Of a stretch of 64,000 nucleotides of DNA, positions 1 through 7,043 are shown piece after piece. Position numbers and translations under genes: made by a program. Each line of letters begins with the position of its first letter. Positions within the stretch are counted from its first letter, which is position 1. The DNA lies in the IMG/VR virus record IMGVR_UViG_3300028394_000040. One strand, 5' to 3'. Source of the stretch: a virus. Below the pieces are notes generated by a model. That model worked only from the letters and a program-made list of their open reading frames with translations. It ran no database searches and was not told the origin of the DNA.

Positions 1-1
1 A

Positions 2-538
2 TTCCTCATCTCCATCCCCGTCCGAGTCACCCCATACATGGTCACATTGACGATGTTCAAAGTATTCATCTATCTTACCATCACCGTCAAAATCCAAACC
101 ATCCATAGTTCCATCTCCGTCTTCATCAACCTCCACACCTTTCTTTCCCTCTGACTTCTTAGCTGTAGAATCAGTAATCGCATTGGTAAATGCTTCAGGA
201 ATAATCGGAGTTGAAGCAGGGGTAGCGGCATCCCCTCCAGCTGTGTTAGATAAAGAAATTCCATCTTCCTCATCCATTTTTTGAACCAACATTTTATCTT
301 TGTCAGTATCAGAGAACCAGTAATCAATAATCTTTCCATATGATCCGATAAATGCTCCTAACAATAGTAGTAATAACTCTTTCCATTCACCTTCTATAGT
401 AGTACCTTTAACTATAGCTAGAAAGATACCACCTATAATAAACATAAAACCACCAAGAACCATAGCTGTAATAAGCCATCTTCTTGTCATCATTTGATTT
501 AACAGGTCTTTAAACCCTGTTGCATTAGACTGTAACAT
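2..538 (-). CDS. Two-TM membrane protein with acidic DxDxDG Ca-binding-like repeats (partial, runs off left edge)
   Basis: Not in the ORF track. ATG at 538 reads MLQSNATGFKDLLNQMMTRRWLITAMVLGGFMFIIGGIFLAIV..ELLLLLLGAFIGSYGKIIDYWF..DEDGDGTMDGLDFDGDGKIDE..DSDGDGDEE with no stop. Confidence 0.8.
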   Translation of the reverse strand, partial: MLQSNATGFKDLLNQMMTRRWLITAMVLGGFMFIIGGIFLAIVKGTTIEGEWKELLLLLLGAFIGSYGKIIDYWFSDTDKDKMLVQKMDEEDGISLSNTAGGDAATPASTPIIPEAFTNAITDSTAKKSEGKKGVEVDEDGDGTMDGLDFDGDGKIDEYFEHRQCDHVWGDSDGDGDEE

Positions 539-555
539 ATTTTATACTTTTTTAA

Positions 556-864
556 TTACCACTTTGGTTCTTCTTTCAAAGCTTCCTTTTCTGTCTTTGC
601 TTTAGGTTTAGCAGGTTTTTCCACTACTCTCTCAATAACCTTAGTTCCGCCACCGGCTGCTTGTTGTTGAGAGTTATTAGTAGTAATATTAATTACCGGG
701 GCAGGAGCAGTAACAGCTGCTGGTTGTGCTGATTCTGCTTCTTTTTCACCACCGAATATATGTGATGCCAACCAAGTACCAGCACCTACTATAAGAGTTC
801 CTCCTGTAGCTACTGCTGTTTTGATCAATCCTGACCAAGTTCCATCATTATTTTCTTCTGACAT
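556..864 (-). CDS. Small membrane-anchored hypothetical protein
   Basis: N-terminal hydrophobic segment, Pro/Ala/Gln linker; tightly packed with neighbours. Confidence 0.7.
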   Translation of the reverse strand: MSEENNDGTWSGLIKTAVATGGTLIVGAGTWLASHIFGGEKEAESAQPAAVTAPAPVINITTNNSQQQAAGGGTKVIERVVEKPAKPKAKTEKEALKEEPKW

Positions 865-868
865 TATC

Positions 869-1237
869 TTATCTTTTAATTACTAATGGTTTTTTAACTG
901 ATACTCCGGATACGTCTGTTAAGGTAAGATCGTAAAGTCCATCTTCCAAATCTGTAAAATCGTATATCTTTGTTACAATTTGTTCTTCAGCAGTTAAAGG
1001 TAAAGTCTTACTTGGTTCAGAAGCAGCAAATTTATAAACTTGAACAGAATATTTTGCTCCAGCAGTAACTGCGTATTGAACCGTAACCTTTCCACCAACT
1101 GAATTTATACTTATGATACCTGTAGATTTAGAAGTAGCGCCTAAATTAATACTTGGCTCTGTTAACACATCTACATCTGAGCATCCTATTATAAATAGAG
1201 ATGAAACTAGTACTCCTAATATTAATAAGTTTTTCAT
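869..1237 (-). CDS. Lipoprotein with Ig-like/T9SS C-terminal-domain-like region
   Basis: Lipobox IIGC; C-terminus DLEDGLYDLTL..KKPLVIKR resembles the type A T9SS CTD pattern. Confidence 0.6.
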   Translation of the reverse strand: MKNLLILGVLVSSLFIIGCSDVDVLTEPSINLGATSKSTGIISINSVGGKVTVQYAVTAGAKYSVQVYKFAASEPSKTLPLTAEEQIVTKIYDFTDLEDGLYDLTLTDVSGVSVKKPLVIKR

Positions 1238-1239
1238 AG

Positions 1240-3042
1240 TTAAAAATTGTTATATCCAGTTAATTTTATTGAATCTGTATTTAGATTTATACCTAATTGA
1301 GAACCTTTATTATCTGCTGCATCCATAGCAGGAGTCACTTTTATTAAGGAGTTTATATCTAATCCGTTGTTAATAGTAGAGAACTTTAAAACAAAAGGAG
1401 TAAGAGAACCTTTTATAGGAGTTTTAAAATCTTTATCTACTCCACCAAATTTTATTGTACCTGTTACATTATTAGCAAAAATTTGCCATGTTTCAGGTAA
1501 TGTAGATTTCATACTTTCAAATTTAATTTTAGAAGAGTCGTATTTAAATTCAAATTGTAAAGCAGAAATATTAGCTCCGTCGATATTAACCGGAATTTCT
1601 ATAGTATTAGATGTCACTGTAGTATTTTTTAAACTAACACTAATTGAAGGTACATTTTGAGGTGTGTTAATAAATGCTTCACTACGATTCATACTAGGAC
1701 CGGAAGCATATAATTTATTAGCTATACTTCTTTTTAATGACGGAATAGCATTTGTCTGTATATTACCGTTCTGAACTACTTGTGAAGAATGTGAACGATT
1801 TACATCACCAGGTAAAACATATTTAATGTCTATAGTAAGTGGATTTCCTGATGTTGCAGGAGATGTATATTCAAATACAGCTTGTGATGTTTTTGGTGCA
1901 TCAGTTTTCCAATTTGAAGGTGTCAATCCATCAAAATGTGCTGCTTTGAATGTAGGTACACTCATATGCCCTCCACTTCCTTGAACATATCCAGAAGGTA
2001 TTGTAATTAATTGATTTACACCAACTGCTTGTGCATATAATCTAGTTAAATCACCACCATCAAAACTGTCACTTCTATTAACATCAGCTGCCCAATATCC
2101 CATACCAGTTTTAATACTTTGATTACCATATGTTTTATCTAAGTTTTGAGTTATAAATTCAGCATCAGCTGTTGTATAATCAGATACTGATACCGCGGAA
2201 TTCATTATGCCCGGTAATTGATCCATATTAATGAATGTCATAATCTTATATGCTGTATTAGCTGTTATCAAAGTATCAATAACATTTACCTTACCATCTG
2301 CTGTAACATCAAATAATGGACCTGTATTGTCTGCTTTTAAAAAACCAACTTTAACATGAGCTGGATTAATATTTCCATTTAAATCTAATTTAGCATAAAA
2401 GAATTTTTTAGCTAATGGATTTAATGTAATTACGTTAGTTAATGGAATTTCGTTTATTGCAGCACCTGATGAGCCGTTTTGGTTAAATGATGCAGCAAAG
2501 TTCATTTTAATTGGATTCCATGTATCACCTACTGCTGTTGATTTTAATCTAAAGCGGAGTCTCAGTACATCACTATAAGCATTATAAGGTAGAGGTGAAT
2601 TAGAAGCCCAGTTTAAATAAACACGAATAATAGTTTTAGGACCACCTTGAGTATAATTGTAACCAGCATTGTTGTAGTTAGTATTACCATTTGCTGTCGT
2701 ATTATTTGCATTTCCAGCAAAAGAATAACCTGGGTATGTATAATTACTTATTGTAATTGATGATCCTGCTGGCAATACTCCACCATTTCCTCCAGTGCCA
2801 GTATGAGCCACACTTATAAAATCAAAGGCTGTATTTTGAAATTCGAAATCAAAATAAAGAGAACGAGCAGTTGTATTGCCGTTTCCATTTAATTGAACAG
2901 GAACAAAAAACTCATCACCTTTCATGATAGTTGTACCACCAACATTAATTTTCGTGGAATCAGAAGATAACCTAATTTTAGGTTCTTGAGCAAATGCAGT
3001 TAAACTTACCAAGGTTAATAGTAAGACTAAAAATTTTTTCAT
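1240..3042 (-). CDS. Secreted cohesin/dockerin-like domain protein
   Basis: Signal peptide ending AFA-Q; two cohesin-like beta-sandwiches (SLYFDFEF; ISALQFEFKYDSSKIKF); dockerin-like ADVNRSDSFDGGD and GDVNRS motifs. Confidence 0.6.
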   Translation of the reverse strand: MKKFLVLLLTLVSLTAFAQEPKIRLSSDSTKINVGGTTIMKGDEFFVPVQLNGNGNTTARSLYFDFEFQNTAFDFISVAHTGTGGNGGVLPAGSSITISNYTYPGYSFAGNANNTTANGNTNYNNAGYNYTQGGPKTIIRVYLNWASNSPLPYNAYSDVLRLRFRLKSTAVGDTWNPIKMNFAASFNQNGSSGAAINEIPLTNVITLNPLAKKFFYAKLDLNGNINPAHVKVGFLKADNTGPLFDVTADGKVNVIDTLITANTAYKIMTFINMDQLPGIMNSAVSVSDYTTADAEFITQNLDKTYGNQSIKTGMGYWAADVNRSDSFDGGDLTRLYAQAVGVNQLITIPSGYVQGSGGHMSVPTFKAAHFDGLTPSNWKTDAPKTSQAVFEYTSPATSGNPLTIDIKYVLPGDVNRSHSSQVVQNGNIQTNAIPSLKRSIANKLYASGPSMNRSEAFINTPQNVPSISVSLKNTTVTSNTIEIPVNIDGANISALQFEFKYDSSKIKFESMKSTLPETWQIFANNVTGTIKFGGVDKDFKTPIKGSLTPFVLKFSTINNGLDINSLIKVTPAMDAADNKGSQLGINLNTDSIKLTGYNNF

Positions 3043-3542
3043 AGTTTGTCTAGTAGTTTAGTGACTAAGGAAACCGATGCCTTTTTTAAAGCATTACGAA
3101 GTGATTGTTGATTAAAACCTCCGGCTTCAGAAATCAATAAAGTAGACATTGAAATTTCTGATGACTTTTCTGTAGCGGTCTTAGTACGAAGTACTTTACC
3201 TTTTTGAACTAATTGCCCTTTTAAAGTTATTATAACTGAATTTACGTCCTTGTGAAATACTGATAGGTTAGAGTTAACTTGTTCAACATCTAAATAGATT
3301 ACCTCTACTTCTATTGAGTAGTCAGCTTCTTCTTTATTAGATGATAAAGAGTAACTTTCAGATACTAATTCTTCTAATATATTTTTTACTCCAAAGGTTA
3401 ATTTAAAATTACCTGCTAAAGGTCCAACAACTACTTTGTTGTCCACCTTGTTAATAAAAAGACTTTTAGGATTACTTTGTGCTTGAATAGAACAAAGGGG
3501 TATTATACTTAATAAAAAAGCAACTAATAATTTCATATTCAT
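3039..3542 (-). CDS. Secreted protein, CsgG/LptE/TolB-N-like alpha/beta fold
   Basis: Signal peptide; GVKNILEE..ADY..ALKKA pattern; ATGA overlap with the next gene. Confidence 0.45.
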   Translation of the reverse strand: MNMKLLVAFLLSIIPLCSIQAQSNPKSLFINKVDNKVVVGPLAGNFKLTFGVKNILEELVSESYSLSSNKEEADYSIEVEVIYLDVEQVNSNLSVFHKDVNSVIITLKGQLVQKGKVLRTKTATEKSSEISMSTLLISEAGGFNQQSLRNALKKASVSLVTKLLDKL

Positions 3543-3590
3543 AGTTAGGTCGAATATAAATAGAATAGTTACTTAGAAACTTTCTAAAAT

Positions 3591-3624
3591 AAAAAAAAAA
3601 GCCTGCTACTGCAGGCCTTTTCTT
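3591..3624 (-). terminator. Rho-independent terminator
   Basis: GCCTGC-4nt-GCAGGC hairpin followed by T10 on the minus strand. Confidence 0.8.
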
Positions 3625-3652
3625 CGATATTTAATACTTTATATTGATATAC

Positions 3653-4156
3653 TTAATCCCACCATGAACTAATATTTTTCTCCAATATAGAGAATAGTAA
3701 TTTTTTAGCTCTGTTATGATTTAAAATGCCAATTGATAAAGCTACTCCGAAATCTGTATCAGTATTTACTATAGGTTTTTTCATAGACATAACTTGCTTA
3801 CGAGATTTTCTATATTTCTTAAAAAACTCTGTATAGTCTTCATGTAAAACTTTTACCTTTAAGTACCCATTATCCTCTACATTAAACTCAGCTTGCTGAC
3901 ATTCATGGGATTCATTAATATAATCTTCGTTGTTAACTTTATCCATTAACCTACAACATAAAAGCATAATCTCAGCATCTCGTTTTGCATTGAGATGACG
4001 ATTATTGCCTCCTATATGTTCAGCTTGATTCTTTAATTTGAATTTAAAAATCTCATAGATGTAGTGCTGGTCCCAGTCTTGGTCTTTCCATATGATTGGA
4101 AACCATCTGTAGAGGTTATAAATTCTCTTAAAAAATTGCTTCAAACTATAGTACAT
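3653..4156 (-). CDS. Hypothetical phage protein
   Basis: 167-aa ORF; WFPIIWKDQDWD start and WWD end, as in common phage hypotheticals. Confidence 0.75.
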   Translation of the reverse strand: MYYSLKQFFKRIYNLYRWFPIIWKDQDWDQHYIYEIFKFKLKNQAEHIGGNNRHLNAKRDAEIMLLCCRLMDKVNNEDYINESHECQQAEFNVEDNGYLKVKVLHEDYTEFFKKYRKSRKQVMSMKKPIVNTDTDFGVALSIGILNHNRAKKLLFSILEKNISSWWD

Positions 4157-4161
4157 TAGAA

Positions 4162-4389
4162 TTATACTGCTTTAGAATCATCCTGTGAAACAACAGCTAC
4201 GATATTAGCTTTTGAAGCTGCTTTAACTTCAAAATCACTAGCTCCACTTTTTATTAAAAATTGCGTTATACGTACCTCGGCTTCTGTTACGGACATTGCA
4301 TCTACTAAGTATGAATACTTTTGTTTTTTTAATTTACCACGCTCGTCAAAAGCTTCGAATTCTACGCGTACTGTGAAATAATTTACCAT
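4162..4389 (-). CDS. DUF4494-like protein
   Basis: YLVDAMSVTEAEVRI motif resembles Bacteroidota DUF4494. Confidence 0.65.
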   Translation of the reverse strand: MVNYFTVRVEFEAFDERGKLKKQKYSYLVDAMSVTEAEVRITQFLIKSGASDFEVKAASKANIVAVVSQDDSKAV

Positions 4390-4393
4390 ACTT

Positions 4394-4609
4394 TTAGTTG
4401 TTTATTGTTAATTTATAATTTGGTGAAGTAGTTGCTAGACTTATATTACCATTAGAATATATTCGCATACGTTCTACTCCATTTACTCCAATACTCATAT
4501 CAGCATTACTTGTGTGCTTTGCTAAAGATAGTTTTTTAGGTTTTGAGTTAGGCACAAATGCGGCTCCTGCTAGTAATCCCAGTGATGCTAAAAAGTCTTT
4601 ACGTTTCAT
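4394..4609 (-). CDS. Small protein: Tat-like signal fused to one tail-fibre repeat
   Basis: MKRKDFLASLGLLAGAAF followed by ERMRIYSNGNISLATTSPNYKLTI. Confidence 0.6.
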   Translation of the reverse strand: MKRKDFLASLGLLAGAAFVPNSKPKKLSLAKHTSNADMSIGVNGVERMRIYSNGNISLATTSPNYKLTINN

Positions 4610-4610
4610 A

Positions 4611-4838
4611 CTATGTTGTTTTTCTTAGTTCTCCCGGCATGAATTCATCGTTTACATGGCTACACTTACTGCATACAAATACAGGTATCGGCACTAAGGC
4701 ATCTTGGTGAGACCCTATTAGAATCTTAGATGCTTTTCGTAGTAATGTTCCTTCTTGAAATATACTGTTACCGCATTCTTCACAAACGATAGGAGTCGTC
4801 TTGTCTAATGAAATGTTTAATTTTGGAGTACTTGACAT
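4611..4838 (-). CDS. Zn-ribbon protein
   Basis: CEEC..CSKC; likely start is the ATG at 4838. Confidence 0.7.
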   Translation of the reverse strand: MSSTPKLNISLDKTTPIVCEECGNSIFQEGTLLRKASKILIGSHQDALVPIPVFVCSKCSHVNDEFMPGELRKTT

Positions 4839-4889
4839 ATTTAGCTTTATTTTAAAACTAAATGTATTTAATTTGCTTATAAAAAGCAA

Positions 4890-5306
4890 CTACATAGAAA
4901 GCTTTATTCTTACCCGAATACAGGTCTGCGGTAATTTTTGATTTTTTAAATAATTGTTAACATAACCCATCATATTAGCAGAACCAATAGGGTTAGCTGA
5001 ATGTATGTAAATTTGAGGTAATGGAATACTTGTGGACATACTTTCTGCTACTAAAAACCTAGCACAGTCCATTCCTGTTTTTTCCAAGATATTATTATAA
5101 TCTAAGGTATAGTTAGGCGATCCATTTAAAATGTACTCTTGAATAGCTGAGTCTCCTAAGTCGTGATCTAAAGATATTACATCGTAGTTTTCTAAACCTA
5201 CTTGCTGAATATGTTTAACTAATTCTTCGAAGGTTCTTACAACTTCCCATTCTTTATCTAAAGGTGTTCTAATATCGTCTAGGTACAGTTTTATTTTATT
5301 CTCCAT
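4890..5306 (-). CDS. Cyclic-phosphate-processing receiver-like (cREC) domain protein
   Basis: LYLDDIR, ISLDHDLG, IHSANPIG motifs. Confidence 0.7.
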   Translation of the reverse strand: MENKIKLYLDDIRTPLDKEWEVVRTFEELVKHIQQVGLENYDVISLDHDLGDSAIQEYILNGSPNYTLDYNNILEKTGMDCARFLVAESMSTSIPLPQIYIHSANPIGSANMMGYVNNYLKNQKLPQTCIRVRIKLSM

Positions 5307-5343
5307 TATATTACATAGTTAAAAACACCACCGTTAATTAACT

Positions 5344-5598
5344 TTATTTTTTAGTTATAAATTTATTTTCTAATTTATCTAATCTCGAATCCATTTGAGA
5401 GAAGACGTTATTTTCTAGTTCATCGATTCTTCGATGCGTATCAGACAAATCCCTTTCTAATTTCTGGAAAATGTCTGAAATCAAATGCTCCATTTCTTTT
5501 TCTATTTTTCTTACCTTAACGAAAGATATAACTGCAACTATCGATAATCCGATAACCACAACTAATGCAATCCCTAAAATGAATGATAAAATATCCAT
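5344..5598 (-). CDS. Single-TM coiled-coil protein
   Basis: N-terminal hydrophobic helix and heptad-rich tail; likely start at 5598. Confidence 0.7.
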   Translation of the reverse strand: MDILSFILGIALVVVIGLSIVAVISFVKVRKIEKEMEHLISDIFQKLERDLSDTHRRIDELENNVFSQMDSRLDKLENKFITKK

Positions 5599-5637
5599 GA
5601 TTAATTTTCTCCTATATGTCAAAGAACGGTGGTGTAG

Positions 5638-5709
5638 TGGACCCGGAGGATTACGATACCCCGGCCTAATGATTATGAGTCATTTGCTCTACCTCTGAGC
5701 TACAAGTCC
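5638..5709 (-). tRNA. tRNA with CAT anticodon (Met or Ile2)
   Basis: Acceptor GGACTTG/CGGGTCC, D-arm GCTC-AGAGGTA-GAGC, anticodon arm AATGA-CTCATAA-TCATT, A73; atypical T-arm; no encoded CCA. Confidence 0.85.
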
Positions 5710-5849
5710 ATAATTAAAGAGCTTTACTTTTTATCGTCGGTACTCTTTATGAAGGAGTGTCTAATTGGGCGCTCCTAACCCTGGTTCAGCACGTTTGTGT
5801 CGTCTAACCAGCCTCATCAGTTCTCGGCACAACCCTAGATGAGAGTCTG

Positions 5850-6007
5850 CTGTAGTAGATGGATTCGAACCACCAAGTGGACTTTAGGAACAAAACATGA
5901 TTGATGGTCAACCTCCACCGGGTGATATCCCGATTGTATTTTGTCTTTATCAGTTGTTCCACGTCCCCGAGACAGGAGGATGCGTAGGCCAGTTCCGCCA
6001 CACTACA
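5850..6007 (-). ncRNA. tRNA-Asp(GTC)-like RNA with 89-nt structured variable arm
   Basis: Acceptor TGTAGTG/TACTACA with G73; D-arm GCG..CGC; anticodon arm TCCTC-CTGTCTC-GGGGA; T-arm GGTGG-TTCGAAT-CCATC; insert at 5875-5963. Confidence 0.8.
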
Positions 6008-6014
6008 GTAAGTA

Positions 6015-6120
6015 TAGGAAAGTAGAAGATGGGTGCGTGGACATCTACTTTTACGATTGGCGTTTCTTACCGGTCGTATCCGCCCTTTCTACAGTTAAAG
6101 GATACATTCCAATCAACCTA
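6015..6120 (-). ncRNA. Candidate structured ncRNA
   Basis: Nested helices TAGG/CCTA, GATTGG/CCAATC, GTATCC/GGATAC, AAAGTAG/CTACTTT in a GC-enriched intergenic stretch. Confidence 0.5.
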
Positions 6121-6176
6121 ATAACACAAAAGGGGACTAGCCCCTATTATGTTACTAAAATTAAAAAAAGCAAAAA

Positions 6177-6596
6177 TTAAAAAACTATCTTTTCTAGTTT
6201 ATAAGTTAAACCAAGACCAGGAGTAAAGCTACTTCCTACTAAGTTTCCTATAACCCAAATCTTTAAACCTTCCGATTTCAATGGTGCATACCCTACCCAA
6301 ACATTAGGCTTTGTAACCCCTCCTTGTGGCTGTATACCTGCTCCTAGCATTAATCTTTCTCCTGAGAACATTCTTATTACGCCTAGTTTCATGCTGCTTC
6401 CGAAGCTACCAGTTTTAGTACTTATCATCGGATCTTCATTGTATAAAAACCCAGTGTAAATACCCCATCCTTTTTTTACGTACCCAGCTGTTAAATAGCC
6501 GTCACCGCTTTTATTAGTAGCGGAACCAAAGAATTCCTGTGCGTTAGCTACTAAGCTTGAGCATAGAATTAAAGCAATAAATAATAATTTTTTCAT
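6177..6596 (-). CDS. Secreted small beta-barrel (OMP-like) protein
   Basis: Signal peptide ending ANA-Q; amphipathic Gly/aromatic strands; C-terminal Phe. Confidence 0.55.
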   Translation of the reverse strand: MKKLLFIALILCSSLVANAQEFFGSATNKSGDGYLTAGYVKKGWGIYTGFLYNEDPMISTKTGSFGSSMKLGVIRMFSGERLMLGAGIQPQGGVTKPNVWVGYAPLKSEGLKIWVIGNLVGSSFTPGLGLTYKLEKIVF

Positions 6597-6617
6597 AATT
6601 ATGTTTTAGTATAAATA

Positions 6618-6956
6618 TCAAAGATTTACCTCAGTAGGGATAATCCTATCTAGTGAATCTTTTTCAATAATAGATTTTAGAACCTTTATTTTTTGTCTTG
6701 TCTCTTTTAATCTACCTTTGGCCATTATTTCCCTTTCATGTAATTTTGATGACTCTACTGTTTTTTTAGCTTTATCATCAACAGATACTTCTGTCCACAT
6801 TTTTTGGTAATCAACAGTCTTAAGCTCTGAAAGGTATTTCTGCTCGTTTGTGATTTCTGTAGATAGTTTCTGCCTATAAAAATTCATTTCGACATTAGCA
6901 TTCGATGTTCCTGCTATTATACCAAGTGTAACTAATAGTTTATTTAACTCAAACAT
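6618..6956 (-). CDS. Hypothetical protein with signal-like N-terminus
   Basis: 112-aa ORF, helical. Confidence 0.6.
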   Translation of the reverse strand: MFELNKLLVTLGIIAGTSNANVEMNFYRQKLSTEITNEQKYLSELKTVDYQKMWTEVSVDDKAKKTVESSKLHEREIMAKGRLKETRQKIKVLKSIIEKDSLDRIIPTEVNL

Positions 6957-7043
6957 AATACATTTCTGTTTAGTTTACCTGTAAATATAATTACCCTTTA
7001 AAATAAAACCTACTATACAGTTAACTTTGCTCTATTATAATTA

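Noticed and set aside
70-339. Track ORF of 89 aa
   Set aside because: Wrong frame; it overlaps the longer open frame starting at ATG 538
5790-5846. Hammerhead ribozyme (CTGATGAG) or SAM-I riboswitch
   Set aside because: No GAAA after a stem II, and the segment is too short and lacks the SAM-I core elements
5804-6001. 65-aa minus-strand ORF
   Set aside because: It overlaps the tRNA-like cloverleaf, and the RNA structure explains the sequence better
5850-6007. tmRNA, tRNA-Sec or group I intron-containing tRNA
   Set aside because: It has an anticodon arm and no G3-U70, the anticodon is not TCA, and the insert is too short and not in the anticodon loop
6015-6060. HDV-like/theta ribozyme (TCCACGC loop near a tRNA)
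   Set aside because: No P1 partner, GG for P1.1 or P4/J4-2 follows, and it lies 5' rather than 3' of the tRNA-like RNA
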